Assembly (NCBI GenBank): GCA_913043225.1
Contig: CAJWLU010000013.1
Span: forward strand, 1-64,000
From: an uncultured Acidobacteriota bacterium
GTDB taxonomy: Bacteria > Acidobacteriota > Vicinamibacteria > Vicinamibacterales > UBA8438
Reading direction: 5' to 3'
Length of the DNA: 64,000 nucleotides
In this document: piece by piece, positions 18,282-26,376 of the stretch
How positions within the stretch are numbered: position 1 is the first letter of the stretch
Layout of the letters: the number at the start of each line of letters is the position of its first letter
Program-made: the position numbers and the translations under genes
Notes under the pieces: generated by a model
The model's database searches: none
What the model saw: the letters and a program-made list of their open reading frames with translations, nothing else
Told to the model about the DNA's origin: nothing

Positions 18282-19265
18282 GTGGGTGAGGACACCAGGT
18301 CGACGGCGCCGCGCTGGGCTCGCCGCGATCTTGTTCGGCTCGGGCGCATGCTGGCCGGTCAGCCGATTCTCGTAACCGGTGCCAGCGGGTTCATCGGTCG
18401 TCCCCTCGTGCGGTATCTACGGGCTGGCGGAGTCTCGGTTTCCGCGCTGTCGCGTACTGGTGGAGGCGGCGTACGGGCCTGGCAACACGACCTGGAAGAC
18501 GATCCGACTCGGCTGGTTCGTCGTTTTCGTCGACGTCCCCCGGCTGTCGTCGTGCATCTGGCCGCGCCCGCGCCCGCTGCAGCCGGCGATACCTACGGTC
18601 TCGTTGAGCTGGGCTTACGCCAGACGGAGCATCTTCTCGAGGCCTGTCTGGCCGTGCCCTGCCCACCGCGGCTCGTGCTGGTGTCCTCCAGCGCCGTGTA
18701 CGGTCCCAGCGACGGTCGACCCCTAACCGAGCGACATCCACCTGCGCCGGCGAGCTACCACGGTATTGGGAAGCTTCTGGCCGAGGCCCTGGTCATTCGC
18801 GCCAGCGCCGCCGAGGGTCTTGCGGTCGTGCGGGTGCGTCCATTTAACGTGGTCGGGCCCGGGCAGGCACGCGGACGCGTGTTGCCGCGGATGGCTGAGC
18901 AAGTGGCAAAACGTGAGGCAGGTCGGTCCGACCCCATCATGACCCGTGGCCTCGCTGGAGTACGCGATTTCATCGACGTGCGTGACACCGTCATGGCGTT
19001 GGTGACTCTCGCCGCCCGGGGCGAGCCGGGAAGCGTCTACAACGTGTGTCGCGGGCACGGCGTGCGGGTGGGCGACCTACTGGAACACCTATTAGCCATG
19101 GCCGGACTCGGTGACGTGTCCGTGGCTACGCGCGGTGGTCACGGCGTCGATGTCAGCGTGGGTGATCCGGCGAAACTCCGGCAACTCGGATGGCGTCCCC
19201 GCGTTCCCCTGGGCCAGACGGTTTGCGACGTGCTCGAGGAGTGGCGTCGCCATGTCGTGCGCTGA
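18282..19265 (+). CDS. NAD-dependent epimerase/reductase, Rmd-like (alternative start ATG 18348)
   Basis: LVTGASGFIG, SSSAVYG, RPFNVVGPGQ, RDFIDVRD and YNVCRG. Confidence 0.8.
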   Translation: MGEDTRSTAPRWARRDLVRLGRMLAGQPILVTGASGFIGRPLVRYLRAGGVSVSALSRTGGGGVRAWQHDLEDDPTRLVRRFRRRPPAVVVHLAAPAPAAAGDTYGLVELGLRQTEHLLEACLAVPCPPRLVLVSSSAVYGPSDGRPLTERHPPAPASYHGIGKLLAEALVIRASAAEGLAVVRVRPFNVVGPGQARGRVLPRMAEQVAKREAGRSDPIMTRGLAGVRDFIDVRDTVMALVTLAARGEPGSVYNVCRGHGVRVGDLLEHLLAMAGLGDVSVATRGGHGVDVSVGDPAKLRQLGWRPRVPLGQTVCDVLEEWRRHVVR

Positions 19266-19281
19266 GCGGGAGTCGCTCAGA

Positions 19282-19950
19282 ATGAGAGAGACCTACACTG
19301 TCACCATTCGACCGCGCCGGGTGCTGGCCTGGAGCGCCGCGCTAGGCGGAGGGGTGGCCGTGATCGTGGCCGTGCTCTGGCTGGCTCAGGCTCCGCTGCT
19401 GGAACGGGTTGGGGACCAGTTGTTGCACGAAGATTCGATGGCCGACGCCGACGTGATCGTCGTGTTGTCTGGAGGAACGCCGGCCCGCGAGATCGAAGCG
19501 GCCGATCTGTATCGAGCTGGCTATGCGCCGCGGGTCGTACTTACCACGGCTCCACCCAGGGCCAGCGTGACAGCGCTCCGAAATCGCGGAGTGCACGCGC
19601 CGAACCTCCTCGAAGAGCGCTTGCGCTACATGGCGGAGCTCGGCGTGCCCAACGATGTGATCAGCGTGATGCCCGAACCGGTGTCGTCCACCATGCAGGA
19701 ATCCGAACTCGTATCGGACTGGGTCCGGCAGCAGGGGCTTGACCGCGTGATTCTGGTGACCTCGGGCTACCACACCGCCCGCGCGCGGTGGGTGTTCGAG
19801 CGAGCGCTCGATGAGCATGTTTCTTTGCGAGTGAGGCCTGATTCTCTGGAGCCGTTTGACCCACAGCTGTGGTGGCGCGACCGGAACATGCTGCGGAACG
19901 GCCTGTTTGAATGGCAGAAGCTCATCTTCTATCGACTTTGGTATCGCTAA
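19282..19950 (+). CDS. YdcF/DUF218 (ElyC/SanA-like) family protein
   Basis: N-terminal TM; ADVIVVLSGG, AADLYRAG, ST..E, ILVTSGYHTARA and C-terminal EWQK. Alternative start 19252. Confidence 0.85.
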   Translation: MRETYTVTIRPRRVLAWSAALGGGVAVIVAVLWLAQAPLLERVGDQLLHEDSMADADVIVVLSGGTPAREIEAADLYRAGYAPRVVLTTAPPRASVTALRNRGVHAPNLLEERLRYMAELGVPNDVISVMPEPVSSTMQESELVSDWVRQQGLDRVILVTSGYHTARARWVFERALDEHVSLRVRPDSLEPFDPQLWWRDRNMLRNGLFEWQKLIFYRLWYR

Positions 19951-19989
19951 GTTGACCGAGAGTCGGTTCAGAGTACGCACAAGTCGAAC

Positions 19990-21405
19990 ATGCTGATGTT
20001 GCTGCGGCAGTTCGTGGAACGTCGGTGGGTGCTGGTACTAGCCACCGGAGTGCTGGGCGTTCGCCTGCTCGTCGCGTTGGCCGTGGTGCCCCCGTGGCAA
20101 CAGCCGGACGAACCGTCCCACCTGCTGTTTGCCCGGATCCTGGCGGAGCAGGACACGCCGGACGTGGGCTATGTGCTCAGACCGGCTGCCTCGGACGCGA
20201 CTGACGTACTCGTCCCTACCTTCCTCCAGGGTGCTTCGTTCCGCACTCGCCGAGCCGATCCTGGGCTCGAGCGGGAACTGCTCACGTCGATGGCCGAGCA
20301 CGGTTGGTGGCGCTACTACGGTCGTCCGCAACCGTCACCTCTACCGACGTCGTTGACCGAGGCGGGATTGACGGTCGTCGATTCGGGGCCGACGCTGTAT
20401 TACGTGACGGCGGCGTGGGTGCTGCGCGCCTTTGATGTGACCTCGCTGCTGGGTCAGTTGTATGTGCTGCGCTGGATATCGGCGCTGCTTGGCATCGCCA
20501 CATTGTGGTGTGGTTGGGCTGGGACCCGAAAGTTGTTCGGTGTCCAGCTGGCAGACTTAACGGCACTGCTGCTGTCGGTATTACCCCAATTTGCGCTTGT
20601 GTCGACAGGCGTCTCTCCCGGCCCGCTCATCAACCTTTGCGGTGCGATCTTCTGGTGGCAAACGGCGGTGCTTTTCACCGGCGAGCGGTCGGTGCGGACG
20701 GTGGGACTGGTCTGGCTTGTGGCTCTTGCCGGACTCCTCACGAAACGGGCGGGCATCCCCTTGGGGGTCATGGCTGCCGGTGTCACGGTCCTGGCATTCG
20801 TACGTTCGTGGTGGACCGGGACATTCAAGGTTCGTGGGCTCGTGGCTGCGAGTGCCGCCATGCTCGTGCTCGCGGTCGGGGTCGTCGTGCTGCTACCGGG
20901 CGAGGTGGAACGTATTCTCCGGACACTGTGGGTGACGGTGACCTCTCGGTCGATGAATCCCGAGTCGGCCAGTTTGGAGTACTTCGAGCGGTTTACGTGG
21001 ACGTTGCTGGATAGCGCTTGGTTCTACGCTGGATGGATGCGGTACCCCGCACCGATCTCCTGGACATGGCTGGTTCGAGGGCTCATGGTGGTCTCTCTCC
21101 TCGGACTCGGCGTCGCGGCGTGGCGCCACCGCATGCGTCCGTCGCTCCCGGTCGTGATCGCTTTCGGGCTCGTGGCGGTGCAGGTTGCCTCGATCTACGC
21201 CGTGCACTTTCGACTTCACGTTGGGCCGCAAGGGCAATATCTCTTTCCGGTCCTCGCGCCGATGCTTGCCTTGTTCTGGATCGGTCTGCGCGGGTGGTGG
21301 CCCGTGCGGCGCTGGCCGGTCCTGGCTGCCGGTCTGATCACGACAGTGATTCTGTTCGATCTCGTGGGTTGGAGCGCCGTGCTTATTCCTCTCTATGTCG
21401 GCTGA
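19990..21405 (+). CDS. GT-C membrane glycosyltransferase-like protein (DUF2142/ArnT-PMT-like)
   Basis: PPWQQPDEPSH loop after TM1, PTLYY, multiple TMs, QGQYLFP near the C-terminus. Confidence 0.7.
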   Translation: MLMLLRQFVERRWVLVLATGVLGVRLLVALAVVPPWQQPDEPSHLLFARILAEQDTPDVGYVLRPAASDATDVLVPTFLQGASFRTRRADPGLERELLTSMAEHGWWRYYGRPQPSPLPTSLTEAGLTVVDSGPTLYYVTAAWVLRAFDVTSLLGQLYVLRWISALLGIATLWCGWAGTRKLFGVQLADLTALLLSVLPQFALVSTGVSPGPLINLCGAIFWWQTAVLFTGERSVRTVGLVWLVALAGLLTKRAGIPLGVMAAGVTVLAFVRSWWTGTFKVRGLVAASAAMLVLAVGVVVLLPGEVERILRTLWVTVTSRSMNPESASLEYFERFTWTLLDSAWFYAGWMRYPAPISWTWLVRGLMVVSLLGLGVAAWRHRMRPSLPVVIAFGLVAVQVASIYAVHFRLHVGPQGQYLFPVLAPMLALFWIGLRGWWPVRRWPVLAAGLITTVILFDLVGWSAVLIPLYVG

Positions 21406-22120
21406 CACTTGGACTGTTCGTCGGGCTCCGGATTGGCGGCTCCTCACTGGGCTGGCGGCAGTGCTGGTGGGAGCCGAGGTCTATCTCCTGGGGGCTGGGC
21501 GTGTGCAGCAGGACGCCGTCGCGCGCCGTCCGGGTAGTTTCGTCGTGGGGGAGGTGTCCGGCGATATCGCTATCAGCCAGACCATGACTGCCAGTATTGT
21601 CGGGTTAGACAGAGTGACGCTGTGGCCGGTGGCGGAGACGGCCTCGGAGGGGCCGCTCGTCTTCCGACTGTATGACGTCACTCCGCTGGGCCCGCCGGAG
21701 TTCGTCTTCGGGACAAATGTATCTGTCGACCATCTTGCCGAAGATCAGCCGCTGGTGATCGGGGTGCCCAGGCTTGCGCGGTCCGCCGGACGTCGGTATC
21801 GAATTGATCTGTCAGTGCCCGATGCATCTCCAGGTCGCGGACTGTCGTTCTGGATGCATGAGGGCGATGGATATCCGCTGGGAGAGCTCGCCGTGAACGG
21901 TCGTACTCAACCAGCCGACCTACTCTTCACTTTGAGGGCGGAGGACCTCAGCGCGTGGGCGCGGATGGTCCGTCGATTGAATGACGGCGCCTCGTTAGTG
22001 CCGGGGCCGCTGGCGATGCTGGTGCTCCTGATGCTCGCCAACGTCTGTGTCGTGGCCGGGGTCGAGCGGATGGTGGCGGGAGGGTTCGACGCAGGCGAGG
22101 GGACAGGTTTGTCTGAGTGA
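21395..22120 (+). CDS. Hypothetical membrane-anchored protein with periplasmic beta-rich domain
   Basis: N- and C-terminal hydrophobic helices flanking a soluble domain; overlaps the upstream gene. Confidence 0.6.
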   Translation: MSADTWTVRRAPDWRLLTGLAAVLVGAEVYLLGAGRVQQDAVARRPGSFVVGEVSGDIAISQTMTASIVGLDRVTLWPVAETASEGPLVFRLYDVTPLGPPEFVFGTNVSVDHLAEDQPLVIGVPRLARSAGRRYRIDLSVPDASPGRGLSFWMHEGDGYPLGELAVNGRTQPADLLFTLRAEDLSAWARMVRRLNDGASLVPGPLAMLVLLMLANVCVVAGVERMVAGGFDAGEGTGLSE

Positions 22121-22633
22121 TCAGCGCATACGGTCGACGACCGACGTAACACTCCCAATCCCATCGGCGATCTCGATCGCGAGCTGCCGCTGGGTGGCGT
22201 CGGTATCGTCGCTCGTGAGCGTTACCACGCCATCGTTGACTACCACGGTGAATGTGACCTCGCCCAGGGCGGGGGCCGCAGCTAAGGCGGCCTCGACCTC
22301 GCGTACGATTCTGGCGACCGTCTGTGCTCCGAGGGTCATGTTATCGAACGTCTGGACCACGCCTGGCACCGCCGCCGCGACGCGTAGCGCGTGTTCCTGT
22401 TGGTCAAGCGTGTCTGTGTGGCCGGTGATTCTGATAACTCCGGCGTCTGGGATGGCAGTCAGCTCGAGGGCGGTCGTGACCGGGTCGAGGGCGAGCGCCA
22501 CTTCTACGGCGGCCCTCAGGTCGGTGTCTGTCTGTCCGCTTGCAGGCGGCGGCGCGCAGGCCGAAAAAGCGCACCCGAATGTGCACCAGACGATCGGCAT
22601 CCACCCCGTCGAAGAATGTGGCATAGCTGACAT
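22121..22633 (-). CDS. Lipoprotein with two BON domains
   Basis: Lipobox-like AFSAC; two repeats of TD..L...V..AL / GVI.ITG / VPGV..V.D.M pattern. Confidence 0.78.
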   Translation of the reverse strand: MSAMPHSSTGWMPIVWCTFGCAFSACAPPPASGQTDTDLRAAVEVALALDPVTTALELTAIPDAGVIRITGHTDTLDQQEHALRVAAAVPGVVQTFDNMTLGAQTVARIVREVEAALAAAPALGEVTFTVVVNDGVVTLTSDDTDATQRQLAIEIADGIGSVTSVVDRMR

Positions 22634-22647
22634 GATGCAGCCTATCT

Positions 22648-23625
22648 TCAGCGGGCGTCAGCCTGAGCAGGCGTGGTGGCGCCCGAGCGGACGATCCGCC
22701 GGAGTTCGGTCAAAGGCGGTACGGCCCGCCAATCGAAGCGAAGCCGGATGGTCCGGTCGTTGAGCGGGAGCTCTGGCGCGTCAGCTAGTCCCCAGTTCTC
22801 GGGATTGTGATAAATGACCTCGTGCTGGTTCCAGTCGCGCTTGCCCCAGAGCGCCGTCGCTTCGTCTGGGCTTGCGATGTTTCGAGCGACCTGGAAACTG
22901 GTCGTATGGCTGATGTGATAGACGGGGGCACCGATGTCCTCGATCGGCACACTGGAGGACCTAGCCTTGACCAAGAAGTTGTGGTCTATGCCGAGTCTGG
23001 CCAGTCGATAGACCTCGTTGAAGCCGCGCAGGGTCTGGAATGTGTCGGAGTCGCTCAAGAGGAAGTCGCCGGCCGCTCCAGCATAGAGCGGCGGGCGGAT
23101 GGGCCGGCGTGGCACGTGGTTTTCAGGATTGTCGAGGATCGTATGAGTGAGTCCACTGTCGTCCAAACCCAGCTTCAAGTCGATTCGGTTGGCTCGATAC
23201 ACCCGTCCTGGTACCAGTTTGTCTTTCGCGAGGAGATCCAGTAAACGTTGGCTCAGCAACGTGTCGGTGTTGGTCGTCAGGATGAATCGCCCTGTCGAGC
23301 GTCTGACGCCGACATTCTTGGCGAAGAACTCAAGATATCGGAGACGCGGGTTCAGGCTGAGTACTTCCTGATACTGGGGGTCGACCACATAGGTGGTGAC
23401 CAAATCGTGCCACCGGGAGGGCAGTGTCTCGAGTAGGCGCTCGGCGAGTAGTGGTCGCCCTGGAGTCGGGCTCCACTCTACGAGCCGGACTTCAACCGGA
23501 ATCTGGCGGGCGGTCAGTTCCTGAAGGTTGAAGGCCAGAACCCGAAAGAACCTGGGTACGAACGGGCCCCCGTAGTCATCGTTCCGTCCCGTCAGGACGA
23601 GGCTCAGGTAGGCGGGGCTACTCAC
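22648..23625 (-). CDS. GT-A fold (GT2-like) glycosyltransferase / conserved hypothetical
   Basis: LSLVLTGRNDDYGG, LVEW, KNVGVRR..G.FILTTNTD, AAGDFLL and GFNE. GTG start at 23625 overlaps the upstream gene's end. Confidence 0.72.
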   Translation of the reverse strand: MSSPAYLSLVLTGRNDDYGGPFVPRFFRVLAFNLQELTARQIPVEVRLVEWSPTPGRPLLAERLLETLPSRWHDLVTTYVVDPQYQEVLSLNPRLRYLEFFAKNVGVRRSTGRFILTTNTDTLLSQRLLDLLAKDKLVPGRVYRANRIDLKLGLDDSGLTHTILDNPENHVPRRPIRPPLYAGAAGDFLLSDSDTFQTLRGFNEVYRLARLGIDHNFLVKARSSSVPIEDIGAPVYHISHTTSFQVARNIASPDEATALWGKRDWNQHEVIYHNPENWGLADAPELPLNDRTIRLRFDWRAVPPLTELRRIVRSGATTPAQADAR

Positions 23626-24028
23626 GGTCCGAGGAGGGGTCGGCTGGTTCTTCGTCTTGGTGCCGGGTCCGCCGGTCAAGAACATTCAGAGCGCCCTCGA
23701 TGACGTCGAGCTTGGTTTCCATTGCAAGCAGGTGCCCTCGCGCGAGTGTGACGTTCTGCTCGGCTTGGGTCAGACGTTCGAGTTTGGCATCGAGCTTATT
23801 CCGTTCTCCCGCCTTGTTTTTCCAGCGGTCTCGCTCCTTGGCGATCGTCTTGAGCTCGGCGGCAAGCTGTTCGTTCTTCCACTTCCACTTTTCCGCGTCG
23901 AGCTGGCTTGCCGAAAGGCGCACCTCGATTGCGGCGGCGTGTTGCTTCTGGGCGGTCGCTCGGTCCTGCGCGTCGAGAACCTCCTGACGCCGGGCCAGAC
24001 CAAGGAGACTGAGGATGCCAGGGGACAT
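23618..24028 (-). CDS. 136-aa coiled-coil protein with N-terminal amphipathic segment
   Basis: MSPGILSLLGLARRQEV followed by charged heptad-like sequence; coupled to the downstream GT-A gene. Confidence 0.65.
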   Translation of the reverse strand: MSPGILSLLGLARRQEVLDAQDRATAQKQHAAAIEVRLSASQLDAEKWKWKNEQLAAELKTIAKERDRWKNKAGERNKLDAKLERLTQAEQNVTLARGHLLAMETKLDVIEGALNVLDRRTRHQDEEPADPSSDRE

Positions 24029-24041
24029 GCAGTTGGGCTCG

Positions 24042-24070
24042 TTGCCGCAGGGCGAACAAAGACCTACCAT
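24042..24070 (+). promoter_or_regulatory. Candidate sigma70 promoter TTGCCG-N17-TACCAT
   Basis: Hexamers with 17-nt spacing in the divergent gap, upstream of 24130. Confidence 0.3.
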
Positions 24071-24129
24071 ACTGCCGTGTCGTCCTCGGTGCAATACACC
24101 AGTGCCTGCGTCACCTCCGTGGCGGACGG

Positions 24130-24546
24130 GTGTCGAATCGAATCGTGACAACAAGCGCATCGCGTAGACGTGTGTTAGGGAGATCGGCCACGGGGGAGCG
24201 TGGCCGAGAAATCGCCGACGTCTTCCCTGCGCCAGCCGAGACAGCATCGCTGGTGTCACGGAACGACGGCGGCGACGCGGACCTCCGAGATCTGGCGGAG
24301 CGGCAGCACGAGGTGTTGCTCGACCGCGTCGCCCGGCTTGTTCAAGGGCTGGAACAGGGTGACGTGATGCCTGCCGAGCAGGTGGCCATCCGAGCCCTGA
24401 TTTCGGATCTGGCGCTGGTCGCCGCGTCGTTCCGGCAGCGCTCATCTGCAGTGCTGGATGCCCTCGATGAGTCGGCCCAGCAGCTCGGTGACGCCAAACA
24501 GGCCGCGGCGGTGTTCGAGCGGTCATTCGACAGGACCGCAACGTGA
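24130..24546 (+). CDS. Hypothetical helical/coiled-coil protein (start uncertain)
   Basis: Ala/Leu/Arg/Glu-rich helical sequence; GTGA-coupled to the methyltransferase at 24543. Confidence 0.55.
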   Translation: MSNRIVTTSASRRRVLGRSATGERGREIADVFPAPAETASLVSRNDGGDADLRDLAERQHEVLLDRVARLVQGLEQGDVMPAEQVAIRALISDLALVAASFRQRSSAVLDALDESAQQLGDAKQAAAVFERSFDRTAT

Positions 24547-25502
24547 GCATCGAAGATCTGACCGCGCAGGCGGTGCGTATCGAGAAGAAGTTGCTCGACG
24601 AGGTTCGGCAACAGCGCAAGGAACTGGCTGCTGTCGCCGAGCGTTTGACCGCGCTTGAAGACCAGCAGGCGGCTATGGGCGTGACCGTCAGCAAGATCTT
24701 CAAGCGGGTCGTGCATCTCGAACCAGACGTCCATGCGGTGCTTCGAGCGCTCCGCCTCGATGCCGACGCGCTCGAGTATCCTGAGCGGCTCACGGCCCGT
24801 CGCTATCGCCTTGAGTCTCAGAACGAGGAAGACGGGATTACCCTGGCTTTGTTCGACGAGATCGGGGCCAAGAGCCGGACGTTCGTAGAAATCGGCTCGG
24901 GACTCAGCGGCGGTAATTCGGCGTGTCTGGCGCGCGAGCTTGGCTGGACCGGATTGATGGTCGATGGGAGTGAAGCCCACATGGCCCAGGTGGGACGGCG
25001 GTTCCCACGGGTGCAGGCGGTCTCGGCCTGGATCACGCGGGAGAATGTGAACCAGTTGGTGACCGACGCGGGGCTTGCTGGTGAGGTCGATTTTCTCAGC
25101 ATCGACCTCGACGGGAACGACTACTGGGTCTGGGAGGCGCTAACCGCCTGTTCAGCCCGCGTCGTGGTGGTGGAGTACAACTCGGCGTTTGGCGCCGAAC
25201 GGGCCGTGACCATCCCGTACGATCCTAAGTTCGACAGGCACAACTATCGCTTTGTCTACTACGGGGCCTCGTTGGCTGCCTTGGCCAAGTTGGCCATCGC
25301 CAAGGGCTACCGGCTGGTGGCGACCGAGCCGCACGGGGTTAATGCGTTCTTCCTCCGGAACGATGTGGCGCCTTCGATCCCGGCCTGCACCCCGGAGCGC
25401 GCCTTCAATCTAATGAAGCGCTACGACCTTTGGATGCAGACCAAGAAAGAGGACGTCTACTCCTACGTCAAGCAGGCGAAGCTTCCGCTGGTGGACGTCT
25501 AA
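24543..25502 (+). CDS. FkbM-like SAM methyltransferase (SQNxEDG type) with N-terminal coiled coil, paralog 1
   Basis: SQNEEDGI, FVEIGSG, GWTGLMVDG, DFLSIDLDGNDYWVW, VVVEYN, YYGASL and GVNAFF. Confidence 0.85.
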   Translation: MSIEDLTAQAVRIEKKLLDEVRQQRKELAAVAERLTALEDQQAAMGVTVSKIFKRVVHLEPDVHAVLRALRLDADALEYPERLTARRYRLESQNEEDGITLALFDEIGAKSRTFVEIGSGLSGGNSACLARELGWTGLMVDGSEAHMAQVGRRFPRVQAVSAWITRENVNQLVTDAGLAGEVDFLSIDLDGNDYWVWEALTACSARVVVVEYNSAFGAERAVTIPYDPKFDRHNYRFVYYGASLAALAKLAIAKGYRLVATEPHGVNAFFLRNDVAPSIPACTPERAFNLMKRYDLWMQTKKEDVYSYVKQAKLPLVDV

Positions 25503-25556
25503 TCTGATCGCTTAGGTCAAACAACCGACGAAGGCGCTTTTGGCCGGCCCCCTGTG

Positions 25557-25585
25557 TTGCCTGGGGTCGTACCATAGTGTAACAT
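25557..25585 (+). promoter_or_regulatory. Candidate sigma70 promoter TTGCCT-N17-TAACAT for the long downstream operon
   Basis: Good hexamer matches with 17-nt spacing in the largest non-coding gap inside the glycan locus. Confidence 0.5.
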
Positions 25586-25606
25586 CCTCAAGATCTGGGC
25601 CCTAAT

Positions 25607-25816
25607 CGCCTCCGCATCTCATCACCCACGCGTGTTCCCCTGGCATTCCCGCGCGTCCAATCCGCCGACAGCCGTTCGAGATTCACCGCTGTTGGCAGGT
25701 AGGGACAGGCGTAGGTCGACGCCAGGTCGAGATGCGGGTGCGTTGCCGGTCATCGCTGGCCGGTAGTAGGCGGCTCTGAGGCGGAGTCCGGCTCGCACAC
25801 CATCGCAGTGGTGTGT
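25607..25816 (+). ncRNA. Candidate structured 5' leader RNA
   Basis: Nested helices 25612-20/25729-37, 25639-44/25721-26 and 25664-72/25688-96, then two hairpins (25745-64, 25795-816). G-U pairs favour the + strand. No known family recognised. Confidence 0.4.
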
Positions 25817-25854
25817 TGGGACCGAGAGGGCGGAGTTGTATTCATCAGAGAGTC

Positions 25855-26376
25855 GTGACCGAAACGATGGCCGAACCGCTGCATCCTGAGCATCTGCGGG
25901 GGGTGAGGCTCGTGGTGTTCGATTTCGACGGTGTCTTCACCGACAACCGGGTGATCGTCAGCGAGGATGGCCGCGAGTCCGTGATCTGTTCCCGGGCCGA
26001 CGGTCTGGGGCTCGCCGCGATCCGACGGTTCGGTGTGGACAGCCTTATCCTGTCGACCGAAGTCAATCCGGTCGTGTCGGCGAGGGCCCGCAAGCTCGGC
26101 GTCGAGTGTCAGCAAGGCCTGGGCGACGGCAAGGGAGCCGCCCTCGCTCGTCTACTCGAGGAGCGTCAACTCGACGTTCGTCACGTTGCCTATGTCGGCA
26201 ACGACATCAACGACCTCGATTGCCTACGCCAGGTCGGTGTGGGGATCTGCGTTGCAGACGCCTTCGAGGCGGTGCGAAAGGTCGCTCGCTTCGAGACGGT
26301 GCGCCCGGGAGGCCGGGGCGCTGTCCGTGAAGTGTGTGATCTGATCGTGGAGGCGCGGGAGTCGGCGGCCGGATGA
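25855..26376 (+). CDS. KdsC/YrbI-type HAD phosphatase (ulosonate-phosphate phosphatase)
   Basis: VVFDFDGVFTDN, RADGLG, AYVGNDINDL and GGRGAVREVCD. Alternative start ATG 25867. Confidence 0.9.
   Translation: MTETMAEPLHPEHLRGVRLVVFDFDGVFTDNRVIVSEDGRESVICSRADGLGLAAIRRFGVDSLILSTEVNPVVSARARKLGVECQQGLGDGKGAALARLLEERQLDVRHVAYVGNDINDLDCLRQVGVGICVADAFEAVRKVARFETVRPGGRGAVREVCDLIVEARESAAG

Noticed and set aside
23618..24793. 391-aa minus-strand ORF as listed in the track
   Set aside because: Its 5' part is the antisense shadow of the plus-strand genes at 24130 and 24543; only 23618..24028 looks protein-like.
25600..25850. 6S RNA, cobalamin riboswitch or exact ops/JUMPstart element
   Set aside because: The central bubble is too asymmetric for 6S, B12-box motifs are absent, and only imperfect GGCCGGTAG/GGCGGAG matches to ops are present. 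Kept only as an unclassified leader candidate.
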